This document shows, piece by piece, positions 9,456 through 19,775 of a DNA stretch of 56,056 nt. A model generated the notes under the pieces. The model had not been told where the DNA came from and did not search any database. It saw only the letters and a program-made list of their open reading frames with translations. The stretch's first letter is position 1. Each line of letters begins with the position of its first letter. Source of the DNA: a virus (lineage: Duplodnaviria; Caudoviricetes); IMG/VR virus record IMGVR_UViG_3300030117_003836, positions 1-56,056 of that record. The stretch is one strand, 5' to 3'. A program made the position numbers and the translations under genes.

Positions 9456-9818
9456 ATGGAACAAGAAGCAATAGAAAGTTTAATTGGTCAATATGGCTGG
9501 ATGGCTGTAGTTGCTTTTGTATTCCTAATAGGCAGAAAAACTATTGAATCTAGTATCGAAGCAATAAAAGTATTTGCTGGAGATGATTTAAATACAGATG
9601 ATGTTATTATATTTGATGGTAGACCTGCAAGAGTAGTAAGAGTTGGTTTTTGGAAAACTATATTATTTGTTTATGAGGTAGGATGTGCAAATGGAAAAGC
9701 TTTTGTAAAAGGTGGAAATAAGGTAGCTATACAAAATGATAAACTAAAGGATCATATGATAGAAAAACCACTTCCAATGTTAGATTTAAAGAAGTGGGAT
9801 AATTGTGATGATGATTGA
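9456..9818 (+). CDS. Membrane protein with MscS-like beta domain
   Basis: One TM helix (YGWMAVVAFVFLIG), then DDLNTDDVIIFDGRPARVVRVGFWKT, resembling the MscS Sm-like domain. Confidence 0.5.
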   Translation: MEQEAIESLIGQYGWMAVVAFVFLIGRKTIESSIEAIKVFAGDDLNTDDVIIFDGRPARVVRVGFWKTILFVYEVGCANGKAFVKGGNKVAIQNDKLKDHMIEKPLPMLDLKKWDNCDDD

Positions 9819-9906
9819 GTTTATTATAGAGTTAGGACATTTTTTACTAGGATTTATAATAACATTTTTTGGAGGATTATATATAATGGGATATTTAGAT
9901 GAATGA
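9808..9906 (+). CDS. 32-aa single-TM peptide (not in track)
   Basis: MMIEFIIELGHFLLGFIITFFGGLYIMGYLDE overlaps both neighbours by a few bases. Confidence 0.5.
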   Translation: MMIEFIIELGHFLLGFIITFFGGLYIMGYLDE

Positions 9907-10078
9907 TACACTAAGAGTTTTAGGTAACAATCCTGAAATAGGATTAACTACAAGCATTGGTACTGGAATTATACAATGTTTAAATATATTAAATCCAATA
10001 TTAACTTTTATATCTTTGACTATTGGTATAAGTATAGGTATCTTAACATTATATAAATTAATAAAAGGAGGTAAATAG
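9899..10078 (+). CDS. Holin-like membrane protein (not in track)
   Basis: RBS GGAGG/GGGA upstream; 59 aa MNDTLRVLGNNPEIGLTTSIGTGIIQCLNILNPILTFISLTIGISIGILTLYKLIKGGK, hydrophobic with a basic C-tail; stop overlaps the next start. Confidence 0.55.
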   Translation: MNDTLRVLGNNPEIGLTTSIGTGIIQCLNILNPILTFISLTIGISIGILTLYKLIKGGK

Positions 10079-10551
10079 TGGCTACAATGACAGTAAGTAT
10101 TAAAGAGGCTGTAACCATTAATGGTAAAGACCAGGGTGGAACTTATGCTGGATTTACTACAACAATAACACAAGTAGAAAAAAGACTGCTTAATGCTACA
10201 ACTGCAGAAGTAACATTATATGAGACTGCTGCTGCTCAAAATGATGCAGAAGACGAAGAATATGGAGGAGCTGCTTGGGATCATGATTCAGTAAAGTATG
10301 TAAGAATAACTAATTTAGCAGGTAATAGTAATTTTATTTACATTATTGTTAAAAATAGTGCTAATGATGAAGCAGTATTTAAAATATATGGAACAGAATC
10401 ATTATTGTTATATAGACATACAGGAACATTTGAAGCTATAGCTGGTGCAGCAACTGCAACTAATGTAGCTGATATTGCTAAAGTAAGTATACAAGCTGAT
10501 ACATCTACACAAGCAGTTGAGTTATTTCTTGCTAGTAGTGATGCAGCATAA
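10078..10551 (+). CDS. Virion structural protein, paralog A
   Basis: 157 aa; shares NGKDQGGTY and KYVRITN with the next gene; GTG start with AGGAGG. Confidence 0.65.
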   Translation: MATMTVSIKEAVTINGKDQGGTYAGFTTTITQVEKRLLNATTAEVTLYETAAAQNDAEDEEYGGAAWDHDSVKYVRITNLAGNSNFIYIIVKNSANDEAVFKIYGTESLLLYRHTGTFEAIAGAATATNVADIAKVSIQADTSTQAVELFLASSDAA

Positions 10552-10569
10552 TTAAAGGAGAATGAATAA

Positions 10570-11040
10570 ATGGCAACATTAAGTGTAACTATAACAGAGT
10601 CATGTACATTAAACGGTAAAGACCAAGGCGGAACATATTCTAGTTTTAGTAATGCAAGTATTACACAAGTTACTAAAAAAATAGTTAAATGTTTACAAGA
10701 TACAGAAGTAGCGTTATATAAAACTGCAGATGGATTAGCTGATGCAACTGGAGGAGCTACATATAAAGAAGGTTCTATAAAGTATGTAAGAATAACTAAC
10801 AACGCATCTAGTAATCATGTTTTGTTAATGCTAAAAAATATAGCTAATGAAGAAGTGTATTATAAATTAGGAGCAAAAGAATCATTTTTATTACACTCAC
10901 ATGATGGAGCTTTAGCTGTTGGTGCTGATGATAATGCTGACCCAGCTGTTGATAGTAATGATGATGATATAGAACTTGTAGTAGCAGAAGCTAAAGGTGG
11001 TGCATCTGAACTTGAAGTATTTATAGCAAGTATAGATTAA
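10570..11040 (+). CDS. Virion structural protein, paralog B
   Basis: 156 aa; aligns end to end with 10078-10551. Confidence 0.65.
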   Translation: MATLSVTITESCTLNGKDQGGTYSSFSNASITQVTKKIVKCLQDTEVALYKTADGLADATGGATYKEGSIKYVRITNNASSNHVLLMLKNIANEEVYYKLGAKESFLLHSHDGALAVGADDNADPAVDSNDDDIELVVAEAKGGASELEVFIASID

Positions 11041-11041
11041 A

Positions 11042-12265
11042 ATGGATAATGCTGATGCAAGAAAACTAATTTCATATTCAACTAGGAATATTGAAAATTG
11101 GAATTTAGATACTAAATATACTGTAGCTAAAAAAGTTTCAGTAGATTCATTTAATTGGTTTGTAGATACTTGGAAGAAATCAGGTTGGGATATATCAAAA
11201 GATGATTATACTAATCTTAAAAAAGTATGGATGCTTGCAGGTTCTCCTTTTTTAAGCCATATTAATCCTGCTAATGGATCAGAATCTATTGAAATGTATT
11301 ACTTGCCTACATCTAGGCAAATAGATGTTGATACTAGAATTACTTCAGAAAATAAAAACTTTTACTTTGGTTCTCCAGATATAATAGTATTACCAACTCC
11401 TGCAAATGCAATGGCAGCAGGATATGAAGATTTAGGACCATTTGGATTATTAGATGAATTAGGACACGCTATACAATTTGCATATCCTGCAGGAATAAAA
11501 GGTAAAAATATTTCAGGTAAAGATGATTTAGCAACTTTTGTAGCATCTAATGAATTTAATAAACTATTAAAAGGCAAAACTATTGCGCAAGATGATAATG
11601 GTGATGAGTTCTTAGTAAGTTCAAAAGGGTATGGGAAGCGATTAGGTTTTGATAAAGATTTAACAGATTCTACTTTATTTATTCATGCTCAACAATTAAA
11701 AGGTCAACCATTTTTAGATAAAGGTGCAATTAATATGTTTGATAATCCTAATAATTATGATGAGCAAGGAAGATTTATGCTTAGATATGCGTTAGCATCT
11801 GAAGCAAGTGGCCAATGGTTAACAGGAGAAGCACAAGCGCATCAATTATTTGCCCCTGCTTTAAGTTTAACATTTGCTGATTTAAAAACAAGTGGTGGTC
11901 TTGGAGACGGCTCTTTATCACCCTCTGACATAGCCACTTTAAACAAAACGTCGTTAGGTAAAAAAACATTAGAAAATTTAGTATACCAATATGGAGTAGG
12001 ACAAGAAGATGTAGTATATGGTTCTAGGTCAGGTATTAATAAAACTAAATATAAAGCTGATTCTAAAGATTCTACATTAGTGCAATACAATGAAAGAATT
12101 ACAACTGATGATGATAGATATAGAATAGCAAAAGTTAATGTTGATAATTATTTAAAAGTCAATGAAAAAGGAATGAAAGATACAATAAAAAATTTAAACA
12201 AATGGAGAAAGTCTTATCCAGCAAAAAGATTAGAAGATCAATTAAAACAAATGAAGGAGAAATAA
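11042..12265 (+). CDS. Hypothetical protein with variant zincin-like motif
   Basis: 407 aa; LLDELGHAIQF and downstream GEAQAH. Confidence 0.45.
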   Translation: MDNADARKLISYSTRNIENWNLDTKYTVAKKVSVDSFNWFVDTWKKSGWDISKDDYTNLKKVWMLAGSPFLSHINPANGSESIEMYYLPTSRQIDVDTRITSENKNFYFGSPDIIVLPTPANAMAAGYEDLGPFGLLDELGHAIQFAYPAGIKGKNISGKDDLATFVASNEFNKLLKGKTIAQDDNGDEFLVSSKGYGKRLGFDKDLTDSTLFIHAQQLKGQPFLDKGAINMFDNPNNYDEQGRFMLRYALASEASGQWLTGEAQAHQLFAPALSLTFADLKTSGGLGDGSLSPSDIATLNKTSLGKKTLENLVYQYGVGQEDVVYGSRSGINKTKYKADSKDSTLVQYNERITTDDDRYRIAKVNVDNYLKVNEKGMKDTIKNLNKWRKSYPAKRLEDQLKQMKEK

Positions 12266-12267
12266 TT

Positions 12268-12396
12268 ATGCCATACGGTAAAGGTACATATGGAAGTAAG
12301 GTCGGAAGACCTCCTAAAAAAAAGAAAGCAATGAAAAAAAAGAAAGCAATGAAAAAAAACAAAAGCTATAATATAACAAGAAACCTGGGGTATTAA
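12268..12396 (+). CDS. Small basic protein (MPYGKGTYGSKVGRPPKKKK...)
   Basis: True start likely ATG 12268 after AAGGAG; Lys-rich with GRP (AT-hook-like) motif; internal KKKAM repeat. Confidence 0.65.
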   Translation: MPYGKGTYGSKVGRPPKKKKAMKKKKAMKKNKSYNITRNLGY

Positions 12397-12596
12397 TGTT
12401 ACAGGCTATTCTTATAAAAACAATTATAGGTAAAGTTATGGAGGCTATTGAAAAAGCAGACGATAAAAGAATTGCTAAAAGTCTTCACAAACGCATTACT
12501 AAATTAGAAAAATTAGCTCATGCACCAGCAGAATTTGTATGTACTTCATGCGGGTGTGAAGCTAAACGAAAAAAAAATAAAAAAAGGAGAAGATAA
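12396..12596 (+). CDS. Small protein with CxxC and basic tail
   Basis: 66 aa, TAATG-coupled on both sides. Confidence 0.6.
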   Translation: MLQAILIKTIIGKVMEAIEKADDKRIAKSLHKRITKLEKLAHAPAEFVCTSCGCEAKRKKNKKRRR

Positions 12597-12745
12597 TGAT
12601 GTCATTTATAAGTAGTAACTGGGAATACGTTCTTTTAAGTATTTACGTTATTGAAAAGATTGTCAAACTAAGTCCTTCTAAAAAGGATGACGTAATCTTT
12701 GATATGGTGTTAAAACCTATATTTGATAAATTGAAAACAAAATAA
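12596..12745 (+). CDS. Small membrane-associated protein (not in track)
   Basis: RBS AAGGAG; MMSFISSNWEYVLLSIYVIEKIVKLSPSKKDDVIFDMVLKPIFDKLKTK (49 aa); stop overlaps ATG 12745. Confidence 0.65.
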   Translation: MMSFISSNWEYVLLSIYVIEKIVKLSPSKKDDVIFDMVLKPIFDKLKTK

Positions 12746-15700
12746 TGCCAAAAAAAACCTGGAACATATTATCATTTTCCGATGGAATGAATGCTAAAAA
12801 AACTGAAAAGGATATAGACCCTAAGGGGTTTGAATTTTCTAATAATTATATATCTTTTACAGACGGAAGTATTGCTTCTAAAGGATTATTTGATACTATT
12901 GAAGGGTTTAATTTAAAAGAAGGAGGTTTTCAAGAAAACTTATCTTTTCAGGGGACACCTAATTTATATAAAGTGTTCCCTGAGATAGGTTTCAGAAAAT
13001 TTGGGAAAGCGCAATATGATTCTAGTTCTGCGTCTTGGAAAGAATTAGATTCTAATAGTAGTACAGGTACAGTTCATCACGGATTAGAAGTAGGTATATC
13101 AGTATTAATTATAGATTCTGGAGATAATGTAGTTTCTAGTGGAGGAAGAAATGAGTCTTTAATAGCAAAAAAAGGCATTGTTACTGAAGTTGTAGATTTT
13201 AATAGTTTTAAAATAGATGTAACTGGAATGGCAAATGGAAATGAAATATTTTATGCTATTAATGCTGATTATAATGTTAAAGAAGTATTAAAAAGTGATC
13301 CATCTAGTTCTTATTATGAAAATAAATATTTACTTACATCTCAAGATAGAAAATTTGGATTTTATAATATAGGTCAAAATAAAAGTTGGTTTGGAAAAGT
13401 AAATGGAACTAATACTAATGTATTTGGAAATAATTGCTGGTTTTTAGATTCTAGATATTTATGGGACACGCAACAGCATTCTAGATATGATTCTACATAT
13501 CAATATATAGTAAATACAAAAATTAATAACGCTTATTATGAAACTAGTGCTTTTAGATTATTGCCAGAAGCTCCTTTAGAATATTATAATGGAAGATGTG
13601 TTAGACCTTTTGGTTTATACGCTATAGAAAGAGAACAGCATAGATTTGCTGAAAATGCTTATGTTATATATCCAGGATGGTACGCTTTAAGATCTCATAT
13701 ATTATCTCCATCAGAATATCATAGAACCCAAGAAGAAGATACAGCTGATATTACAAATTATGGCAATGATATAAACTATAATTTAGAATATTACCAAGGT
13801 GCTGGAACAGTTAACATTAATGCTACTCCTAAATATACATTTGATGATTTAGCAGCAAATGCAGGAAATCCTACTGGACCATCTAATTATCCAAATTCAG
13901 GACCAACTACACCTTTTCAAGTTTCTATGTCAGTTTCTCATGGACAAGGAACTTCTGGAGATGCTTTAGGTGATTGGCAATTTCAAAGTGGAGACACTCA
14001 TTCTTATTTAAAGTTTGGAATGTCGTACCTTTATGATAATATAGAAGATGAGTTTGCGGTTGAATCAAATATTTCTCCTCTTACTATGCCAGATGGCACT
14101 GAAGGATGGGTGAATATGACGCAAGGAAGCCCATCAGCAGACAAAGCATTAATTATGTCTTGGTTTTTTTATGTTGGAGAAAACAGTTACACCGAAAATC
14201 AAAGTTTAATGTTTAATAGTTTTGAAGGAGATGTACCTGAAGCAAAAGCAGTTGCTGAATTTAGAGGCTCTGGTATGAATAATGGCTTTTCTAATGATAA
14301 ATGTTTAAACCCTAGAATTGTTGGTGCAAGAATATATTTGCTTGGAGATTATGCCAATTATGATGGAGAAGGTTATAATGAATATGAAGAACCGTTATAC
14401 TTAGCTAAAATTGATTTTAGTGCAAATAAAACTGGTAAATCACATGATAATTTTGTTTCTACTAGTTGGGCTAATTCATCATCATCAGCAGATGGAGTAT
14501 ATGGTCAAAAAATAGTTATTCCAGGCGTTCCTGTTTTAACTTACCCTTTAATAAATACTTATAATCATAATGAAAATATTCACGTATGGTATAAAAGTTC
14601 TGCTATTGTTAATAGAAAATTATATGCTGGAAATGTTCATTATTTTGATAAAAATCAACCAAATTGGGAAACTCACAAACCTATTCATAAACCAGATAGA
14701 ATTTTAGTATCTCCTCCTAATAAATTTGATGTATTACCATCTACTAATTATTTAGACGTAATGCAAGGAGATGGTCAAGACATAACTCATATAGAATCTT
14801 TAAATAATAAATTATTAGTTTATAAAAATGATGATATGTTTTTGATAGATTGCTCTGGAGAATTTGAAATACTTGAAGCTACAAATATTAATGCAGGAGT
14901 TACTAATTCTACAAAAGTTACAAAAACGCCTGAAGCAGTTTACTGGGTAAACAGTAGTGGCGTTTGGGGTTATGACATAGAAAATCCAATATTAAATATT
15001 ATAGAAGAAAAATTTGATGCTGAAAAATGGCATAGTCAAGTATATAATGATGAATGCTATCTTACTTACGAGCCTAAAAGTAAAATGCTATTATTATTTA
15101 CACAGTTTAAAGGAGATCACATAACAACAACAGATGACCCAACAAATGTATTATATATAAGTACTATAACAGGTTCAGTATTTTTTAAAACAGAATTAGC
15201 AAAAAATCATTTAAATCAAATACCTATAGGTGCAGCAGTAGCAGATAATTTTTTATATACTTCTATATCAGATACTACTACATCAGATTTAGGATATTTA
15301 CATCTTAATCATGTTACAACAGGCGTTGTAGGTGAAAAGCAATCAGGAATGTGGGAATTTAGAGTTGTTCAAGACGGATCATATGATTATCAATTTCCTG
15401 ATAATAGTATAAAAAAATTATCTGTAAGATATAGAGGTGGTGAGGCAAACGAATATGATAATTGGGATGAAGTAAATACTAATAATTTGACAGTTCCAAG
15501 AATTGCTGCAGTAGATACCACTAATGAAGCAGAAGTTTTAGCTGCTACTGAAGCGCAAATTATTCATTTTAATGAAATGGTAAATGATGCAACCGAAACA
15601 GAAACTCATCCTACTTCAGGCTCTGAATATGCAGATATATTTAATTGGAGTTTGGAAAGAGAGTTAGAAATAAGTGCTGGTATATATTATGTAACTTATT

Positions 15701-16728
15701 ATTTATCTATGGAAGCTAACGAATATACATCTACTAATAATTTAGTAGACGCAGATTCTGGCGTAAAATTACCTGGAGCTCAAGAATCATTATCTGTATA
15801 TGGTACTACTTGCGTAGGGTTTACAGATGGAACTGGTGCTAATGGAATTAGAAATACTCCTAATTCTTTAACATTATTTAATCAAATATTTCATAATCCT
15901 GGAGTAACTCCAGTAGCTGATGTTTGGAATGTTTTTATTAATCGAAATAATGATTATGATGCTGGTGAGTCTTTTAATATAATATATCAAATTAATGGAG
16001 GAGCAGTAAATAATAATATAGTAAGTTATACTACAGATCCTGCAAATGATGATTGCAATGTAATAGGAGCTTCCGCAGGTGGTGGGGCTACATATACTAA
16101 TGCTTACAATAGTAAAAAAGCAACAGCAGCGCTTAGAGATGCATTGCTTGCTGATTCTGATTTTTTACTATACTTTGATATTGGTTCTTTAGCCACAGGA
16201 GACCAAACAGCAGTTACAGGCTTACCAGGAGATAACGATGGAACTGGTCTTGTTCATTATGAATATTTTACAATTACAAGCAAAGCAAGCACATATCCTG
16301 ATTCAACTTTTAACATATCATGGGGTAGTAGCTCTCATTTAGGCGGCAATTTACATAGATTTAATCCAACTGCAGAGCATTCTACTGGTAATATGTTAAT
16401 TACTAAAAATATAGATTTTAAAATGCCTGGAGTAAGAAAAAAAGTATATAAAGCATATGTTAGTTATAAAACTGGAACAGGCAATACTATTACTGCTCAA
16501 TATATGATTAATGGAGATGGAACTTGGCATACTGCTGTATTAAAAAATTCTAGTAATCAAATAGTATCTGAAGTTCCCGCTTCAGCAGAATGGAGTAGAT
16601 TTTCCATAGAAGATAACGATACAAATAGAACAAATAGTATTTATTCAATACAATATAAGATAGAAGGTTCTGGCTATATTGAAATAGATGATATGAGTAT
16701 TATTTATAGAGATAAACCACCAAGATAA
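12745..16728 (+). CDS. Tail nozzle/stabilisation protein (P22 gp10/T7 gp12-like) with inserted domains
   Basis: 1327 aa; N-terminal FSDGMN, beta-propeller-like middle (NRKLYAGNV, DRILVS, GDGQDIT, VYWVNSSGVWGY), C-terminal ITKNIDFKMPGVRKKVYKAYVSYK. Confidence 0.65.
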   Translation: MPKKTWNILSFSDGMNAKKTEKDIDPKGFEFSNNYISFTDGSIASKGLFDTIEGFNLKEGGFQENLSFQGTPNLYKVFPEIGFRKFGKAQYDSSSASWKELDSNSSTGTVHHGLEVGISVLIIDSGDNVVSSGGRNESLIAKKGIVTEVVDFNSFKIDVTGMANGNEIFYAINADYNVKEVLKSDPSSSYYENKYLLTSQDRKFGFYNIGQNKSWFGKVNGTNTNVFGNNCWFLDSRYLWDTQQHSRYDSTYQYIVNTKINNAYYETSAFRLLPEAPLEYYNGRCVRPFGLYAIEREQHRFAENAYVIYPGWYALRSHILSPSEYHRTQEEDTADITNYGNDINYNLEYYQGAGTVNINATPKYTFDDLAANAGNPTGPSNYPNSGPTTPFQVSMSVSHGQGTSGDALGDWQFQSGDTHSYLKFGMSYLYDNIEDEFAVESNISPLTMPDGTEGWVNMTQGSPSADKALIMSWFFYVGENSYTENQSLMFNSFEGDVPEAKAVAEFRGSGMNNGFSNDKCLNPRIVGARIYLLGDYANYDGEGYNEYEEPLYLAKIDFSANKTGKSHDNFVSTSWANSSSSADGVYGQKIVIPGVPVLTYPLINTYNHNENIHVWYKSSAIVNRKLYAGNVHYFDKNQPNWETHKPIHKPDRILVSPPNKFDVLPSTNYLDVMQGDGQDITHIESLNNKLLVYKNDDMFLIDCSGEFEILEATNINAGVTNSTKVTKTPEAVYWVNSSGVWGYDIENPILNIIEEKFDAEKWHSQVYNDECYLTYEPKSKMLLLFTQFKGDHITTTDDPTNVLYISTITGSVFFKTELAKNHLNQIPIGAAVADNFLYTSISDTTTSDLGYLHLNHVTTGVVGEKQSGMWEFRVVQDGSYDYQFPDNSIKKLSVRYRGGEANEYDNWDEVNTNNLTVPRIAAVDTTNEAEVLAATEAQIIHFNEMVNDATETETHPTSGSEYADIFNWSLERELEISAGIYYVTYYLSMEANEYTSTNNLVDADSGVKLPGAQESLSVYGTTCVGFTDGTGANGIRNTPNSLTLFNQIFHNPGVTPVADVWNVFINRNNDYDAGESFNIIYQINGGAVNNNIVSYTTDPANDDCNVIGASAGGGATYTNAYNSKKATAALRDALLADSDFLLYFDIGSLATGDQTAVTGLPGDNDGTGLVHYEYFTITSKASTYPDSTFNISWGSSSHLGGNLHRFNPTAEHSTGNMLITKNIDFKMPGVRKKVYKAYVSYKTGTGNTITAQYMINGDGTWHTAVLKNSSNQIVSEVPASAEWSRFSIEDNDTNRTNSIYSIQYKIEGSGYIEIDDMSIIYRDKPPR

Positions 16729-18131
16729 TGAAATACAATCCAAGATATAATAATGTTTTAAATAGAAAGTCTTATTTAAGAAAAGGACAACCATCTAATC
16801 TTGAAGGAAATAATGGAGATTCTGTATTATGTTTACTAAGTAAAGGTGTGGCTTTATGCTATAAAATAGATGGTAAATGGAAAGAATTAGGGGTTTTTAA
16901 AGATATAGATAGAAAACTTAATAAAATGTCTTTAAATGAACTATCTATAACTAGTTTACAAGAAATAGGAAGTGATACAGACAAATTTTTAATGTCTGAT
17001 AATGGAACTGTTAAATATGTTACAGGTACAAATTTGCTTACATATTCAGGAGCACAACCTGCTTTAACATTTGGTATTGCTAATACTAACGCAGTTAAAA
17101 TAGATGCAGCAGATGTTGCAGATGATGATTATGCTAGGTTTACAGCTAATGGATTAGAAGGCAGAACACTTACTCAAATAAAATCTGATATAGGTACAGG
17201 TAATAGTGCATTAGTACCATCAGCTGGTACATCTGGACATTTTTTAAAACATGATGGAACTTTTGGTCAAGTAGCATACTCTAATTTATCTGGCACACCT
17301 ACTATACCTGCTAACTATATAACTGATGATGCTGATGATATAATGCTTGGTAGTTTAAATTTAAAGAAAATATCTGATGATGCTACAGCAAGAAGTTTAA
17401 TATTTGAAAAAAATAGAGCTACATCTGTTAGTGCTCAAGATGATGATGTAGTAGGTGCTGTAGAATTTAAAGCATATAATGATGGAGGAACTCCAGCTTT
17501 AGTACAAGTTGCAAAAATAGAAGCAAAAATTTCAGATGTAACAGATAACAATGAAACTGGTAAATTAACTTTAAGTGTATTGCCTACTGATGATTTTAGT
17601 GAAAATAATCAAGCTAGCGTAGGATTAACATTAGAAGGAACTACAAGTAATTATGGTCAAGTTAATGTTACCATAGGAACAAGTTATGGCACTGTAAGAC
17701 ATAATTCTTATAATAATATTTTTGCAGGAGCTTCTGCTTTTAGTTCTGGAAGAATACTTTTAGAGCCTTCAAATGCAAATGATGTTAATGATAAAAATAC
17801 TTTTATAATGGAAGCATATAATGATGCAGATGATGTATTTAAAATAGAAGTTGACGTTGCAGGAGCTACAACTATCTCAACAAATGATGATGGTGGTGCA
17901 ACAGCTCATTTAACAATAAACCCTGATGGAGATACAATATTTAATACAGATGGATTAGTAATACAAGATAATGGAGATGTTAGTACACCTGCAAGTGGAT
18001 ATGGAACTTTGTATGTTAATAGTGATGTTTTGTATTTTAAAAATGATAGTGGAACTGCTACTAACCTGTTAGCTGGCGGTGGTGGAGGAAGTGGTTTAAA
18101 TTCAATAGTAGCAGCAATGGTATTTGGATAA
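16728..18131 (+). CDS. Tail fibre protein
   Basis: 467 aa Gly/Thr/Asp-rich modular fibre segments (AGTSGHFLKHDG, YSNLSGTPTIP, LYFKNDSG). Confidence 0.65.
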   Translation: MKYNPRYNNVLNRKSYLRKGQPSNLEGNNGDSVLCLLSKGVALCYKIDGKWKELGVFKDIDRKLNKMSLNELSITSLQEIGSDTDKFLMSDNGTVKYVTGTNLLTYSGAQPALTFGIANTNAVKIDAADVADDDYARFTANGLEGRTLTQIKSDIGTGNSALVPSAGTSGHFLKHDGTFGQVAYSNLSGTPTIPANYITDDADDIMLGSLNLKKISDDATARSLIFEKNRATSVSAQDDDVVGAVEFKAYNDGGTPALVQVAKIEAKISDVTDNNETGKLTLSVLPTDDFSENNQASVGLTLEGTTSNYGQVNVTIGTSYGTVRHNSYNNIFAGASAFSSGRILLEPSNANDVNDKNTFIMEAYNDADDVFKIEVDVAGATTISTNDDGGATAHLTINPDGDTIFNTDGLVIQDNGDVSTPASGYGTLYVNSDVLYFKNDSGTATNLLAGGGGGSGLNSIVAAMVFG

Positions 18132-18140
18132 GGAGAATAA

Positions 18141-18533
18141 ATGGCAAATGTAAATTTAGTAAGCGCAACATCAATATATGCAGGTAATGCAGGTTGGAAT
18201 TTATCTGCAACATTAACTGCTACTTTATTAACTGTTGATGCTGATAAACTAGTAAAAATTAATAGAATTACTTGTGCTAATGTAGATGGTACAAATGCAG
18301 CTGATTTAAACTTATATATAGATGGTTTAGGTTCTGGTGCATCAGGTGTTACTACAACAGGTGCAGATGCTACTGTATATTTAGCGAAGACATTATCAGT
18401 CCCACCTGACTCTACATTAGTTATATTAGATACACCTATATATTTAATGGAAGGCGATGTGCTTAAAGGTGGAGCAGGAGCAGCAAGTGATTTAGATTTA
18501 TTTATATCTTATGAAGTGTTTGATGATGCATAA
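18141..18533 (+). CDS. Tail fibre-associated structural protein
   Basis: 130 aa; CANVDGTNAAD...YLAKTLSVPPDSTL...YLMEGD beta-sandwich type. Confidence 0.55.
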   Translation: MANVNLVSATSIYAGNAGWNLSATLTATLLTVDADKLVKINRITCANVDGTNAADLNLYIDGLGSGASGVTTTGADATVYLAKTLSVPPDSTLVILDTPIYLMEGDVLKGGAGAASDLDLFISYEVFDDA

Positions 18534-19405
18534 TGGCTAAATGGAATGCAAATATTATTAGTAAAGATGCAAGGTATAGAACTCAAAGTGTAAATCAATC
18601 AAGAGGTATATACACTTTAGATGAACAACTACAGCATAAAGCTGCAGATAATTGGTTTAAACCAAAAAGCCTTGCTGATAATATAGGTTATCATTTTGAC
18701 ACTTTAACAATAAAAGAAACTACAACTAATGGAGATGATACGGATGCTTTTAGTGTGGTTACAGCTCCTATGCCTTCATCAGCTTCACAGGGAAGAGTTT
18801 ATCTTGCGGTAGGAGTTACAGCATCTACAACTTTTTATAATGATTTTTGTGTTGGAACAGTTCAAATACCTCACGACAATGGAGCTAGTTTAAATTCTAC
18901 ATTAGATACATCTACAAATGTTAGTTGGGCAATGTCAAATCCTATTACAGGTGTTGGTTATGCTAGTTGGGAAAGAGGTTCTTTAGTTACTGCTGGAAAT
19001 ACTACTTTATCTTCTGTTTCAGGATATACTTGGACAACTATAGCCACAGGTACTAGTAATAATAGATGGAACGCAGCAACATCTACAGGTAGTAGTCGTA
19101 CAGGAGCACAAGGTGGAATAAGTAATGATCCAAGTTATAATATTTTTGATGAACTTGGCGACCTTGCAGTTGCAGGGAATTCTGCTAACAGAATGGCTCA
19201 AACTAATGCTAATTTATATATATACACAGAAACAAGCGGAACTGCAGCTAATAGTGTTATATGGTGTAGGAGTCCTGAAGTTACATTAACAGGAAGTAAT
19301 CATATATTAGTTATAGCATATCACGCTTGTACAAGTAGTGGTGGTATAGGTATGGTAAATACTACTGATAAACCACTATTTAAAGCTTTTTGGGATGAAT
19401 CATAA
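18533..19405 (+). CDS. Probable receptor-binding/fibre tip protein
   Basis: 290 aa Ser/Thr/Gly-rich; N-terminal 'GIYTLDEQ' attachment-type motif. Confidence 0.5.
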   Translation: MAKWNANIISKDARYRTQSVNQSRGIYTLDEQLQHKAADNWFKPKSLADNIGYHFDTLTIKETTTNGDDTDAFSVVTAPMPSSASQGRVYLAVGVTASTTFYNDFCVGTVQIPHDNGASLNSTLDTSTNVSWAMSNPITGVGYASWERGSLVTAGNTTLSSVSGYTWTTIATGTSNNRWNAATSTGSSRTGAQGGISNDPSYNIFDELGDLAVAGNSANRMAQTNANLYIYTETSGTAANSVIWCRSPEVTLTGSNHILVIAYHACTSSGGIGMVNTTDKPLFKAFWDES

Positions 19406-19701
19406 TGCGAGCATCTGATATAACAATGACTCAATCTGATGATACTACAACTTTAGATTTTAGTGCATTTAGTTCTATGCAAGAAAATGATTATTTAGAA
19501 TTAAATATTAATGATGTATCAATAAAATTAAATGTTAGCAATGATATGTCTATAAATGATTTCACAGAATGGATAACTAATAATTGTAATAATAATTATG
19601 ATTTTTATAGCCTAGCAACTGCTAGTAATAATAGTGCTTTATTAAACATAGTAAACAAGACATCAGATCAACTAAGTATTAATTATGATTTTAACAGATA
19701 A
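19405..19701 (+). CDS. Hypothetical protein
   Basis: 98 aa, TAATG-coupled. Confidence 0.55.
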   Translation: MRASDITMTQSDDTTTLDFSAFSSMQENDYLELNINDVSIKLNVSNDMSINDFTEWITNNCNNNYDFYSLATASNNSALLNIVNKTSDQLSINYDFNR

Positions 19702-19706
19702 AAGTA

Positions 19707-19735
19707 TTGGATATATATTATTTATTTTATATCTT
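19707..19735 (+). promoter_or_regulatory. Candidate sigma70-type promoter for the ejection-protein operon
   Basis: TTGGAT (19707-12), 17 nt, TATCTT (19730-35) in an AT-rich gap. Confidence 0.4.
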
Positions 19736-19775
19736 ATAAAGATGAAAACCGCTTATAAAAACAAAGGAGAGCATT

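Noticed and set aside
12314-12358. Short tandem repeats (aaagaaagcaatg x2; also acgcctggtggaga x2 near 21479-21506)
   Set aside because: In-frame coding duplications with only two copies; not CRISPR or iterons.
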